Assembly: GCA_951406725.2 (NCBI GenBank)
Contig: OX597817.1
Location: forward strand, 27,280,001-27,344,000
Reading direction: 5' to 3'
From: Octopus vulgaris
Taxonomy: Eukaryota
DNA: 64,000 nt
The translations under genes were made by a program, and so were the position numbers. The notes beneath the pieces are model-generated. The model was not told the origin of the DNA, made no database searches, and saw only the letters and a list, made by a program, of their open reading frames with translations. The stretch's first letter is position 1. Each line of letters opens with the position of its first letter. Positions 25,768 through 39,671 of this stretch are shown here, one piece after another.

Positions 25768-26754
25768 ATAATAATGAATATAATAGAAATGGAAAGAGTA
25801 ATAATTGTTCCAAACATAAATACAAGGCTTGAAATTGTTGTGAACTTGGGCAGGTAATTGTATGAAATTAGGTATCGACTGCCATATTATTTTATCGACT
25901 CACTAAAGATTAAAGGTAAATTTCTTTTTGGCTTGATTTGATCTCAGAACGTTAAGAATTGAAACAAATGCTGTAAAATATTTTGTCTGACACTCTAACG
26001 ATTGTAAACACATTCAATCCAGGATTTATGAGAATGACTAATAGGAAGTCAATATATTGATATTTTTCTAAATACCTCGACGATATAGATTACGTGTCAG
26101 TCATTGAAAATCAAAACTTGATTGCAACTTAGGCTTACTCCAAATTAACCCCGTATCCAGTATTGTAATATATATATTTTTCCGTTTATGAATGTCATTT
26201 AACACAAGTATGTTATTGGAATTTATATTATCAATAATTTAATTATATTGTCACTTTCAAGAGACGATTGGCAAAGTTAAATGTAATGTGCTTTGAACCT
26301 AGACACGAAATATCATTAAACTAGATAAGATAGATCATAGATTATCGTAGGATACAATATTTGTTATTATATCTATTATTTGTTTCATATGAGAAAATTG
26401 ATGGAATTCTAAGTGGCTGTTGGAATTGATTTAGAGTGTTCGGATGATTTGACATGAGCGGATGATAGCGGACTGTATAATTCTATAAGAAAATATGTGA
26501 AGAGCAGTTGTAAAGACTAGGAGAAATTAACGAGGGATACACTGCAAGAAGCCTAATGGTAAGGAAATATAAGTAAAGTTACAACGTTAGTGAGGAGAAT
26601 GTTCATAATTTGTTCATTGGCCATTTTCTGTTAAGGAAAATAAGGGACAATCCCAGAATATCAATGAATCAATATCAAATAAGATAGAATTAAAATAGAC
26701 GTAGAAGGCGTGCTAGGAAATGAGTTTTATATTTTCGGACTATTTACAACATAT

Positions 26755-26761
26755 ATGTGTA

Positions 26762-26827
<66 letters not shown>

Positions 26828-26872
26828 TGTGTGTTTGTGTGTGTGTGTGCGTGTGCGTGCACGTGTGTGTTT
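26755..26872. repeat. (TG)n microsatellite
   Basis: Directly visible. Confidence 0.95.
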
Positions 26873-27344
26873 GTAAAGTAATCTTTGCTTGACAAATAGT
26901 AGGTCACTCCCTAAGTTTAGTTCCTGCCTATATTATAATATTGAAAGAAATTAGCTGAATTTCAGATTTAACCCGACTGGACAATGATGACTCCTGTAGG
27001 GAGCATCTAGTTCCTAAGAGAGTATGAGTGCCTGTTTGCAAGGACAATATTCAAATGGCTTTAACATTTGCTTTTAATCTTCTCTTAACAAATTTGGCGT
27101 TATTGGTTTCACACGATATGCAATCAGTTATAATTACTTTCTATGTAATATACTGCGTTTGTTATATCATCATAAATCCTTTAAGATCAGAACATCAAAT
27201 ATAATTCAAAATGTTGAGGATAAATGATCATCAACTGTAATCTTGAACAAAACTTGTATACGTGTTTCATGTAGATAACATCCTGAAATTCCGAATGTCC
27301 TCATCTACTTAGAATTGTAAAAACACAGATTAAAAGCATTAAAT

Positions 27345-28380
27345 AGCTTAAAACCTCGTTGAAAGAAGTCTTGAAATACCCACAAATTTTAATGAAGATC
27401 TACATATGCATCTTAATTTTGATTCATTTTTACGGGCGTAAGTTTGATGACACTTTTGCAAGAGATAGCTTCCAGTCATTTTCAAAACATCTAATTGTCC
27501 ATAAGCTATAATCAAAATACAATAGAGATGCATCACAGAATTTTGTCAGTGAACAAGTCGCGGTCTCAAAGTAACGAACATATTTTGACAAATTAAATTT
27601 AAATTTTGAAGTGAATCTAACGGATGTTGTGTGTTTCTTAAATGGCTTATAAAAAACTGCCACTCTGCAATTGTTTTCGTTCCAGCACACGGTCTCAAAT
27701 CAGGTCACTTGCTATGCAAGTACATCTCCGTAATATATTCTAAATGTTTGCTTGAAAACGTTACCAGTACGAAGCATCCTTGGTTTTGTGATATAGCATT
27801 GTCATTATCGTGAGACAAACGTTGATATCATCTGTAAAGATTTAAAGAAAAAAAGACATTGATAACGATAAACTGCATCACAGTCATGTGCCAGTGACGG
27901 ACACAAAGTTTCATTAAAACCTAGGACTTTCTCTATTTTCAAGCAATATGACTATCACGTAGACTTAAAATATATCTTGCTTGATCTAGAGAAAGCATGA
28001 AAAGGATCAGTTATTTTCCATGTTGTTCTCTAAAGCCTGAGTCAATGTAGTAATGGGAGAGAATCTTGAAGGAAATCCGTATTTGTACTTTGAGTTTATA
28101 GTAATTATGGTGATGATCACGGAAGTTTTCAGAAATGATACCACAAAATCTGTCTTCATTTGAATCATACCAACGGATAGCCATCGGAGTAAAAAAAGTC
28201 GTATCACAACACGAATATCCATCCACATCTTCATGAATGCATTGTTTGATTTCAGTGTCCTTTTTGCATTGAGTAGCCAAAGTTTTATAGACATTCTCAT
28301 AGTGGAACTAGTTTTGTTGAAAGATATGAAATTATGTTCTTATCTGCATCTGCCAAAATTTTTCTTATATTTTGGCACTA
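27345..28380 (-). pseudogene. Heavily decayed DDE transposase, tentatively Sola-like
   Basis: Minus-strand fragments ISENF..., SLAHDCDAVYRYQ, IAEWQFF, NESKLR..KFVGISR fall in the order I recall for the DFxENY / SDxxHDxxAV / AEWHFFATSHGK transposase group; many stops and frameshifts. Confidence 0.45.
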
Positions 28381-28391
28381 GCAGACTCATG

Positions 28392-29329
28392 CGAGGTGAT
28401 ATCAAAAGTTTCCTGGACTAGTTATGTCTAAGAAACAATAACTTATTTATCAAGGGCGGTGCCCCAGCATGGCCTCAGCCGGATGGCTGAAACAAGTAAA
28501 AGAGTAAAAGAGTAAGGTTTAACATCATCTCCTTCAAAATAATCACCTTGCGCAGAAATACACCCGTCCCAGCATTCCTGCCTCTTTTGGAATCCGGCCT
28601 GGAAGTCATTTTCCATAAGGGAATCGAGGATCTTCTGCGATTCGCTCTGGATCTCGACAACAGTATTAAAAGGGTGGCTTTTGTACTGCATTTTCATTTT
28701 GGAGAAGAGTTGGAAGTCCGCAGGCGCTAAATCTGGCGAATAGAGCAAGTGCGGAAACAATACCAAGAGTGACGAAAGCTCCGGGAAGGGTGCATTGTCG
28801 TCGTGAAGAATTCAATTATTCGTACTCCACAAATCCAATCGCTTTCGCCGAATATCCTCTCTCAAACGCTTCAAAATGTCACAGTAGGACTCTCGATTGA
28901 CGAGCAGGCCCAAGTGGGATAAATTCGTGATGTACAATACCACATTTCCGGGCGGGTGATGCTCATGACATGTCTCCCATATTGCTCGTTGTCCTCCAGG
29001 TTCGTTCACTCTCTCTTTTGAAGCGTTCGTGACACTCGAAACACTACGTACGACCCATTGCCAAAGCATACTCATTGTCTCTGTAGCAGACTTCCCAAAT
29101 TTAATGCAAAATTTCACGTTGTTTCTTTGTTCTTGTCCATGACAAAGATCGCAGATTACAGCATACACGCGATTACAAAGGCACGAATTTCATAACTTGC
29201 AAAGTAAACACAGCAAAGTCATTCGACCCACGGCCGCATAAATGTCACTGCCAGCTCTCACTGTGCGCAAAACCGTGTGCTACCATGTGTTGGCGCGCTG
29301 CAGAATTAGTCCGGGAACTTTTTGATATT
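28392..29329 (-). mobile_element. Internally deleted mariner transposon
   Basis: Imperfect TIRs (..ATATCAAAAGTTTCCTGGACTA / TAGTCCGGGAACTTTTTGATAT); EQRNNVKFCIKFGKSATET, YCDILKRLREDIRRKR, HDDNAP, YSPDLAPADF, CISAQGDYFEGD. Confidence 0.92.
28452..28516 (+). mobile_element. SINE B 3' fragment inside the mariner
   Basis: GGCGGTGCCCCAGCATGGCC..GAAACAAGTAAAAGAGTAAAAG tail. Confidence 0.75.
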
Positions 29330-30117
29330 CGTCTTTTTCTTTTGATATCCGTCTTTGTTTTTCAGTCTTTGTGAGTCATCGTAAACGTTATCTATTTTTG
29401 CTGCTCTTTTCATATGGTTAAATTTTTGGATAGGAAGCGTTCACAAAATATTTAAGCAAAGACATATGGAAAACAATTAAATTTTGGAAAAATTAAATGA
29501 AAAGTTTTTTAAAAGAATATTTGCATAGTATTCAAATACAAGGGGCATTTTCCTTGTTTCTGCCTGTCTCTGGCTCTCTTGTTTACTCTTGTATATGTAC
29601 ATATATATACATACATAAATATATACATACATGGGCGCACACACACACACACACATGTATATATATGTACATGTTTTAACATATATAATACGTTGGTGAC
29701 ATTTACAAATAAAGACAAGGCTATCCCATGTGAAAAAAAATCAGTTTTGGTCTTTATTAATATTATTTGGACATTTTAAAATAATTATTAGACCCACTCA
29801 GCTAAATATAGCTTTCACTATACTTGTCGAAGTTGTGCTGCGAAGTTTACTATGTCAATGTGCAAGAATGTTCATTTGTTGGCATAGAAACAGAAAATTC
29901 AGAGAATATATTACACTTAGACAACTACTTAGCTAAAGTCAATTAACTGGCAAATAGAAGTAATTAGCCTTTTAATGTTAGTTTGTAGTTTATGATCGTC
30001 AGGTCAGCCTTGATCAAGCAGACCTACAATCAAAGTCATTCTTATTAACAATATTCTCTTTGTCATTCCAGGTTTTGTAATAACCAAATATTCTCAATTC
30101 TCTCTCCCCAAATATTA

Positions 30118-30349
30118 AGGCGGTGAGCTGGCAGAAACGTTAGCACGCCGGGCGAAATGCTTAGCGGTATTTCGTCTGCCGTTACGTTCTGAGTTCAAAT
30201 TCCGCCGAGGTCGACTTTGCCTTTCATCCTTTCCAGGTCGATAAATTAAGTACTAGTTATGCACTGGGGTCGATGTAATCGACTTAATCCGTTTGTCTGT
30301 CCTTGTTTGTCCCCTCTGTGTTTAGCCCCTTGTGGGTAATAAAAAAATA
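30118..30349 (+). mobile_element. SINE family A, full length
   Basis: Family match; TSD AAATATTAAG. Confidence 0.92.
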
Positions 30350-31025
30350 AATATTAAGTCGCTGAAATTCATTCCATACTGATGCTTTTTCTGCAGTTAT
30401 CGATAAGAGAAACGTAGAATTCATCGATCTCACTTCTCTCGGATGTCCTGTGAAGGCCCTGATTATAGTATCTTGCTCCGGTTCAATGTATTACGTTTTT
30501 CTCGGACAGTGTTATAAAAAATTACGCCATCCACTGCGTCATTTCAATTTTGCGATAGTTGAATGAGATTCAAAGATTTAACTGCTAAATTTGGTGGTTT
30601 GAATAAGCTACTGTAGTTGGCAAATTTGCGTTTCAACTCTGTTTCCATAAATGTAATGATTATAGAAGTGGATCTTATTCTTATTTCAAGCAATAAAATG
30701 TTCATGAATATTTCACGAAACTATAATAATTTCCATGGTGCCTAATGTGTTACCAATTGCATTCTATGAAAACGTATGGAAACCTGTGTTCAATAAAACA
30801 AAATTCCATTATTTACAATAGATTCTTAGTCAAAATAATATGGAATAGAATTTCGTACAGGATATGAGAACAAATAAGGATACGATAAATTTTGTCTAAT
30901 TGGACACGTTTGGCACTCCTTAGTTTCCTATCCTGGCTATACTGCACATCGAACTGTTCTTGAGTAGTGTGAATATTATATCAATGTTTGTATTAGAAGA
31001 GGATGCTAGACCCTTGCTGTTATAC

Positions 31026-31345
31026 TGGCATTCCGTCGGTTACGGCGACAAAGGTCCTTGTTGATTCGATCAACAGGACATCCTGTTCGTGAAATCAACG
31101 TGCAAGTGGCCGAGCACTCCACAGACACGCGAACCTTCAACGTAGTTCTCAGGGAGATCCAGCGTGACACAGAGTGTGGCAAGGCTGGTCCTTTTGAATT
31201 ACAGGTACTACTCATTTTTGTCAGTTGAGTGGACTGAGGCAGCATGAAATAGAGTTTTTTGCTCGATGACAATACGCGCCGCCGGGAATCGAACTCACGA
31301 TCGCAAGATCGTGAGCCGAATACCCTAACCAACAAGCCACGCACC
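31026..31345 (-). mobile_element. Older SINE C-related subfamily
   Basis: Shares the 3' half with family C; different central segment; tRNA-like head. Confidence 0.8.
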
Positions 31346-31389
31346 ATCACAGATATACTAAAACATTAAAAATCAAGATTGTTGTTATC

Positions 31390-32050
31390 GCTAGCTTTGT
31401 ATAGTACAGACGTATAGTCGAGACGTATAGTACAGTACAGTGGAGACGTATAGTATAGTAGAGATGTATAGTATAGTAGAGTAGAGACGTATAGTATAGT
31501 AGAGATGTATATATAGAGAGGTACAGTATTGCTAGCTTTGTATAGTATAGACGTATAGTATAGTATAATAAAGACGTATAGTATAGTATGGCTGAGACGT
31601 AGAGTAGAGTAGAGTAGAGACGTATAGTATAGTAGAGATGTATATATAGAGAGGTACAGTATTGCTGGCTTTGTATAGTATAGACGTATAGTATAGTATA
31701 GTAAAGAAGTGTAGTATAGTATGGCTGAGACGTATAGTATATTATAGTATAGTAGAGACGTACAGTATAGCAAAGTAGAGTAGAGACGTATAGTATAGTA
31801 GAGATGTATATATAGAGAGGTACAGTATTGCTAGCTTTGTATAGTATAGACGTATAGTATAGTATAGTAAAGACGTGTAGTATAGTATGGCTGAGCCGTA
31901 TAGTATATTATAGTATAGTAGAGACGTACAGTATAGTAGAGTAGAGTAGAGCAGAGACGTATAGTATAGTAGAGACTATGGTATAGTATAGTAGAACGGT
32001 ATATATAGAGAGGTATAGTATTGCTAGCTTTCTATAGTATAGTAGAGGGT
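31390..32050. repeat. Higher-order minisatellite built from AGTAT/AGTAG pentamers
   Basis: GCTRGCTTT landmark at 31390, 31531, 31664, 31830, 32023. Confidence 0.9.
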
Positions 32051-32519
32051 ACAAATGGCTTAGTTTAACCTTTTTATGTAGATAATTTAAAGCTACTATC
32101 AAAATGACGGACACATTTATTTAGTACATAGGAACGGATATCTTGGGGTGCATTTTCTAAGTTTTATACAATTCTTACACGGTATGTATTTTTGAATGCG
32201 TAGGTTGATTTCAATAAAAGATATCCCAACACTTTTAATGTATGTTAAAGTCTTTCTGAGTTTTCACTTTTTTATAACTTATTTAATTTTCGTTCTTTAT
32301 TTATTATTATTTTTTTTTTACAAAATATCAAATACGTAATAAACAACACTTAATTTCAGATATAGTTATTACTTCTGATAGTCTGTAGGGTAGGGCATTA
32401 ATGACTGAAAGGGAAAAATGTGGAACGTCTGTTACCGTGTTCGACATAAGTACAAATCATTGTAGATATATCTGATGATGAGGAGGAGAAGGAGGAGGAG
32501 AAGGGAAGAGTGGAAGGAA

Positions 32520-32581
32520 GATGGTAGCTGTGGTGGTGATGGTGGTGATGACGGTGGGGTTGATAAGTACGACGACTGTGA

Positions 32582-32615
<34 letters not shown>

Positions 32616-32630
32616 GGTGGTGTTGATGAC

Positions 32631-32682
<52 letters not shown>

Positions 32683-32756
32683 ATGACGGTGGCGTTGATA
32701 AGTACGACGACTGTGATGATGATGATGATGATGATGACGACGACGACGATGATGAC

Positions 32757-32800
<44 letters not shown>
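32520..32800. repeat. Compound (GAT)n/(GGT)n repeat with duplicated GTTGATAAGTACGACGACTGT unit
   Basis: Directly visible. Confidence 0.9.
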
Positions 32801-32801
<1 letters not shown>

Positions 32802-33629
32802 GCTTTTTTGATTAACTTTATCAGTGGGACATAAAAATAGTTTTCACAGCTCCCAGGGGTACGACCAACCAAATACGAAATAAAAAGTGTACTAAAACAT
32901 AATCAAAAGAAATCACGGGTGTAAAATGTTTACATACATTTTTTTTTTTTCCAATCATAATAATATATGGATGAGTGTTCATCTCTCGCCATTTTACTAT
33001 TCCACATCACATGCATACACAAACATAAGTAAACATGAACATATATATATATACAGTAAAATGCATGTCAGCTCTCTTACACATACAAAAACGCAAACGT
33101 TATCTAACACAAACGCACACACAAATATATATGTGTATATATGCACTCAGAGTATAGAATACTAACAGTATCATTCGCACATTTTATGGACACTCCTAAC
33201 AAAACGATTGACAACACCAAAACATATTCATACTTGTATACACGTAGGTTTATACACATGAACAGAATGAACAGAAGTGTGTGGTTCTTTATTGAACAAA
33301 TAGTTTAATTAGTTCGATAAAGGTTTCGGGCTAAATGTAGAAGATAGCAAATCTACACTCCTACCCAGACGAAGTAAATGTGACAGTTAGAGAAATGGTA
33401 ATTAATCTGATGCACATTGAGATGAGGTGCGGATAGTTTATCAAATAATGTATGCCGAGAAAGATATTCTCAGTTGGTGGCACATAAACATTGCTAGAAT
33501 TACAACGAATATTACTGTAATTGAGACACTCTCACAATGTGTATGTGCATTTGTGACTGCAAGTGTGTGTATGTGTTTGCGAGTATACCATATATACATA
33601 TGTATGTATATTCGTGTGTGTGTGTGTGT

Positions 33630-33660
<31 letters not shown>

Positions 33661-34097
33661 TGAGTGAGTGAGAGAAAGAGAAGGCAATGAGTGAGTAAAT
33701 GTACCTCATCCGTTCAAAATGACGGCCAAAATTGAATAAGATCTGTTTGATAAATTTTATTCGTTGTATAATTTTGTTTTCGCTTTGATTCTTTGATTTT
33801 CATCTGATTTTCGATAGATTCTTATAATTTGCTTAATGATCATGAGTAGAGAATGTATAAGTGTATGTAAAGACGTGACGTACTTACGTTTTTTTTTTTG
33901 TTTTGGTTTGCTTTTATTTTTTTTCACAAAATAATTATGCTATTTAATGCCAGTTAAGTAGGTCTGGTATAATGAAGTAGCAACTGATTTAGTCATTAAT
34001 CTTTACTCACTCTTTCTCTTCGAAACACTATTTTTTCATACAGCTTTGAATGCTTTATTGATCATGTCGTTTCTTAACCGTAATTCATCTCCTTCTT

Positions 34098-34194
34098 ACA
34101 CACACACACACATACACATACACACGCGCATGCACACACATACAAACATATATTTATATATACATATATACATATATTTATACACATATAATTA

Positions 34195-34235
<41 letters not shown>

Positions 34236-34265
34236 TCACATTTGTTTATAGATAGACAGACAGAC

Positions 34266-34339
<74 letters not shown>
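34098..34339. repeat. (CA)n/(TA)n/(GATA)n microsatellites
   Basis: Directly visible. Confidence 0.9.
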
Positions 34340-34572
34340 TCGTGAGTTCGATTCTTAAACCAACTGGAAATGAGTATCTGTCAAGTGTTGGAGGGAGCTT
34401 TCTTTCATCCCAGCTATTTTATCCTTGATGTTCTGCTGGGAGAAGCCTGGAATGGTTGAGAGCCTATCTATGTCTTATGGTTACTCATAGCTTTTTTAAG
34501 CTCCTAGGACACTGAGCCAAAGCGTAGTTCATACTTACAAGTAATGTCCATTCGAGTGTTATGAGCCGGATA

Positions 34573-34967
34573 TCTTTATATATAAAAGTGAAGTTGTGTG
34601 TCTGTCTCCTACGATTTAGATTCCTAACTACTCCCACATTTTGCGGTGCAGTGTAACCAAAAGCGGGTATCTTATAGTCGTGATTCATATTTAGCCCTTC
34701 TGGGTATTAGCGCGCGTATACGATGAGTCTACGATTTAAAAAAAAAATTACCATAATTTTCTCCCATTTTTAATGCATTTTGTTGCTATTATATAAGGGA
34801 AGTAACTCTCTAAAAATGTATTATTAAATCTCAGAACGTAAAAAGCTATAGTAACACCCCACTTTGTGGTTAGCCATATTGAGATGTCTATTATACTTTA
34901 CATCTCTAAAAATGCTTATATAGTTATTTCCCTTACAAACCCGAGCAACGCCGGGCGATACTGCTAG
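34573..34967 (+). mobile_element. Non-autonomous Helitron (subfamily 2)
   Basis: A|TC ... hairpin ... CTAG|T. Confidence 0.92.
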
Positions 34968-36087
34968 TTTTTAAATATAACGTTAGACCAAGAAACAGGA
35001 ATACAAATAAAACAGCACTTATTGGTTATTATAATAGTTAATTGGTTTATGTAATATATTGTTTTATACAATATTCTAATCGCTATTGTAATACTTTGAT
35101 GGTTTTTGTAATATTTAATTGGTTATAATAGTAATTGTTTTATGCAGTATTGTATTTGGTTATTGTAATATTCAGTTAGTTAATAATGTGTCATCAGAAA
35201 TACTTCCGAATATATTACCAGTCGCGTAACCTTGTGGTTACGATGATAAACTAACGATCATAAGATCTCGAATTATATCCCTTGATCAGGCCGTGTGTTG
35301 TATCATTGAGCAAGAAACAACTACTTCACGCTTCACCAGTCTACTCTGCAAATGGACGCGGGTTGATTAGTTTTTTTTTTAACTATCACCTGCGGAGTAA
35401 GATCCGCCTGGAGAGGAAGTCCCTGTCTCAAGATATGTTTAAAAAAAGATGGACGCATGTAGTAAGAATGATGCGAGTGGAAGGTGTCGAGCTGGTGTAG
35501 CCGGTTCTGCGGAAAAAAGGAAAATTAATGGGAAAAAAACGGTATGAAAACAGCCGGCGGGTTGATTAGAACCTCGTACCTGATTTTTATATTACTTCGA
35601 TTTTCCGATTTTTATTCATCTTCGACTTTTATTATATTCATATTCTATATAATTTTTGAAAAAAAAAACGACTTCATTGTAACAAACTCTATGTGTTGTG
35701 GTGTCCATGTACGTCCCCGCTATGTTCGTCTTGTATAGACAAATAAAGAAATCAGTCTACTCTGCAAATGTATACCAGCTGAGTGCTAGTGCAGAGATCT
35801 CTCCTTTACGATGTCACATCTTCTATGTTCCGTTCAGTGAGAGAGCCGAGAACTTGTTTATGAATGTTTGGCACTCAACTACCGAAAACATGATAATGTA
35901 AGCAAGTTATACTCGCTTGCGAGTGTCAGCTCTGGTTTTTGACACATTGTATATCTTGAATAGAACTGAGCATTGTTCATCTCAAAATATCTATATTCTA
36001 CAAAGGTATCTCTAAGTCATAAAATGAACGCTATTTTAGTGAATCTATGTTATGCTGCGTCAACACAATCTGGACATGTTTGTTGTT

Positions 36088-36191
36088 GGCGTGGCTGTGT
36101 AGTAAGAAGCTTGCTTACCAACCATATGGGTCCGGGTTCAGGCTCACTGCGTGACATGGCGGCAGTCAGATGACTGAAACAAGCAAAAGAA
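36088..36191 (+). mobile_element. SINE B head fused directly to tail
   Basis: Head GTGGCTGTGTAGTAAG..CACTGCGTGAC joins ATGGCGGCAGTCAGATGACTGAAACAAG. Confidence 0.7.
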
Positions 36192-36304
36192 AAAATATTT
36201 CGATTTTTGCCCATAATAAAATTATAAAAATTAATTCTCACGTGTGGGACGAGTCGGTTTATCAGCCGAGTCTATCGCCAATATCGTCACGCCTCCTTCC
36301 TTCC

Positions 36305-37064
36305 AAGATATAGCCCCCCGCCCAGATCATCCCAAATCCTCCTCCATGTTTAATAGTTGGAAGAGGGTAGTCTGGGTCAAATGCTTCTTTTGGCTGCCTC
36401 CACACGTATACTCGGCCGGTGGTCGGAAATTTTCGTCCGAGAAAATAACATTCTTCCACTGATCTAGGGACCAATTTTGTAGATTTTTACTCCATTTTAA
36501 CGCTTTGCAACGTTTGTTTTTGAAAGCAGCGGTTTTCTGATTGTGCCCTCCCGTGAAATCCGGCTTTGTGCAGCTCCCGGTGAACAGATTTTGTGGAAAA
36601 TGGGTTCTGGAGATGGTCATTAAGCTCTGCAGTAATTTTGCAAGCTGTACTTTTGTGATCCTTTCTAACAATTCGCGTAAGTGTCCGACGGCCCCTATCT
36701 AAAAGTTTTCGCTTTGTTTCGGCAAATAGGTTTTTCCCTCTTTCTCACAGGCTGTTATAACTTTCGAGACAGTACTTCTTAATACACAAAACATTTCGGC
36801 TGTTTTCGTTAGGCTAGCACCTGCCATATGAGTACCAACAATTTGACCTCTTTGAAAGTCCGATAGCTCTATCAGTTTAATGAATTTTAATTACCTTTTA
36901 CTGATGATATCTAAAAAGAAACAGCAAGTTTAACAAAACATATTAAACAACACTAATAATGAATAAAAAAAACATAAGAATAAACAAATTTTTGAGGGCT
37001 TTATAGATATTTCAAAATTATTATGTTATGATGCTAGGTGTTTCCATTATTTTGTCCAACCCTA
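36305..37064 (-). mobile_element. Tc1-family transposon, 3'-truncated
   Basis: TIR-like AGGGTTGGACAAAATAATGGAAACACC at ~37037-37063; GQIVG..AGAS, KITAELNDHL, WSLDQWKNVIFSDE, GRVYVWRQPKE, PTIKHGGG..MIWA. Confidence 0.92.
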
Positions 37065-37084
37065 ATATATATATATATATATAC

Positions 37085-37328
37085 AAAATAAGAAAATGGA
37101 GAAATACACCTTAATCAATAATCAACTACCAGATAATACCCATTCACATAATTTATTAACCAACTACATATGAACATCAAGGTCAAACATAATAGTATAG
37201 AACAAAACAGTGTACATCAATGAGTAATATGATACAATAAGTACAATATGTATAAATAAATATAAGTATAAATATAAATATAAACTATATCTTACAGCTG
37301 TTTCAGCCATGCAGACATGAGTATCTCA
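37085..37328 (-). mobile_element. Penelope-type terminal fragment within (TA)n, 3' half of a hammerhead motif
   Basis: (TA)n on both sides; minus strand GAAA-CAGCTG-TA-AGA at 37290-37304; CUGANGA half absent. Confidence 0.5.
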
Positions 37329-37676
37329 TATATATATATATATATATATAATATGGTATATTCTCTTAAGAACGCAGTAGAGCACAGTATAAAGCTCGTC
37401 CATGTCCAGATTTACCCTGTGCTATCCAGTAGTAGTATCATATGTACTACTAAATTTCGACAGAGGCGATGATCTTGAGCCGATGGTTTTAAAGTTACGG
37501 AGATAATATTTACATATCGTCTGAAGAAATGCAACACGATCTCATAATGCAGAGTAACCGTTGCATAACCAAGTACCTGCCAACCTGGAGAACTACGTTG
37601 CGTGGAAACAATTGTAGTGATTAAAAATAAATGTCCAACCATACCCCTTCTTGTTAACTCCAACTTTTTATCTTCA

Positions 37677-37784
<108 letters not shown>

Positions 37785-38448
37785 CAATCGATAAAGAGTA
37801 AGTTTTATCTTTGGCATTTCATTTCACTTTCATTCCTAATAACCGTCAAGATAGTATAAAACATCGTCTTCCAATTAGCTTTAATCTTGAATTCTACCTT
37901 CAACTTGTTTCTGAGGAAAGTCAATGGAAACTACATGAAGAGAAAATATGCCATTTACCCACAGAATTTGTTCATTCTTCAATGCCAGAATATTTTTGTC
38001 TTTCTATTTTACACTATAAAAATTACGTTACTGAAAACAAGAATCATTGGAAATCTTGCAAGAAACTTAGATTAAGTTTTGTTATAGAACGTGAGACAAT
38101 GTAGTAGTCGACCAGTCACCCAGACAACGCCAGAGAATGCAATGCAAGTTGCCCTGGCATTTACCCGGCGCTCTCACAAATTGAAAATCAGGTTGAAGGA
38201 TGTCATCTGAATTGGATTTTGAACGCAGCTCGTTGGGTCGTTTGATGCACCACGTAGGACTGAGAATGTACATTCTACGTTTGATAGATTGTTTAGTGGA
38301 GTATGACTCAGCTCGGCGTTTGCAATTTTGCGAATCTATCCTGAACGAGGAAGGAGGATGTGACAGCATTCTGCGAAGAATCGTGTGGTTCAATGAAGCA
38401 AACTTTAAGCTATCGGGAGCATATAGTCGGCACAAATGTGTGCACTAA

Positions 38449-38595
38449 TGTTTCCGTCTACCAAATCCACTCACAAAGCTTTGGTCAGCCCGACGCTATA
38501 GTAGAAGACACTTGCCCAAGGTGACATGCGGTGGGACTGAACCCGGAACCATGTGGTTGGTAAGCAAGCTACTTACCACACAGCCACTCCCGCAT
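38449..38595 (-). mobile_element. SINE B 5' half
   Basis: Family match. Confidence 0.85.
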
Positions 38596-38861
38596 CTATA
38601 CATACATACAAACATACATACATACATAGCTCTAATACCACTACGCAACTGAAAGCTGTAATGCTCAACCAGCCTGCGATGACAGTGTGGGTGGCCATTC
38701 CTACAAAGGTGTTGTTGGACCTATCATTCTGAAATAGACTGTTGATCAACTCGTATATCTGAACAGCCTGACGGATAGTCATACAACAAATACGTGAACA
38801 ACAGCAGCGGGACGACTTCTACTTCCTGCAGGATCGGGCGCCACCGCACTTCACACTCACT

Positions 38862-39030
38862 CATCATCATCATCGTTTAACGTCCCTTTTCCGCGCTAGC
38901 ACGGGTTGGACGGTTCGACCGGGGTCTGGGAAGCCAGGGCTGCACCAGGCTCCAGTCTGATCTGGCAGTGTTTCTACAGCTGGATGCCCTTCCTAACGCC
39001 AACCACTCCGCGAGTGTAGTGGGTGCTTTT
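38862..39030 (-). mobile_element. Retroposon 3' tail (family E)
   Basis: Homologous to 22089-22235; (GAT)n tail on the minus strand. Confidence 0.78.
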
Positions 39031-39277
39031 CACAAAGAACTTCTCAACAGGTGGATTGGAAGTCGAGGAGCCATCGCTTGGCCATTACATTCACCCGATC
39101 TCACTCCTATGGACTTCCTTTTCTGGGGGTTGTGTAAAAGAGAGTTTTCGCAGGAAATTGACGCTGATAAAGACCTTTGTGCCAAGGTGTACATGAGTGT
39201 CTACGCTCGATTAATGGAGGGCATGAAGGCCGGAGGAAAACAGTTTGAAAAGTTGTGAAAGTGATAAGTTTATTATT

Positions 39278-39671
39278 ATTTATATAAAAGTAAGGTTGTG
39301 TGTCTGTCTACTACGATTTAGATTCCTAACTACTCCCACTTTTTGCGGTGCAGTTTAACCAAAACCGGGTATCTTATAGTCCTGATTCATATCGAGCCCT
39401 TCTGGGTATTAGCGCGCGTCTACGATGAGTCTACGATTTTAAAAATAATTTACCATCATATTTTCCATTTTAATGCATTTTTTTCGCTATTATATAAAGG
39501 AAGTAACTCTCTAAAAATGTCTAAGATGAGTCAACGATTTAAAAAAAAAATTACCATAATTTTTTTTCCATTTCTAATGCATTTTTTTGCTATTTTTTGG
39601 CTATAACTCTCTAAAAATGCTTTATAGTTATTTCCCTTACAAACCCGAGCAACGCCGGGTGATACTGCTAG
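39278..39671 (+). mobile_element. Non-autonomous Helitron (subfamily 2)
   Basis: Family match; hairpin and CTAG|T; 5' TC degraded. Confidence 0.88.

Noticed and set aside
31390-32050. CRISPR-like array
   Set aside because: The intervening sequences are themselves repetitive; eukaryotic context; no cas genes
32432-32872. Poly-Asp / poly-Ser ORFs
   Set aside because: Trinucleotide microsatellite open in several frames; no splice or domain support
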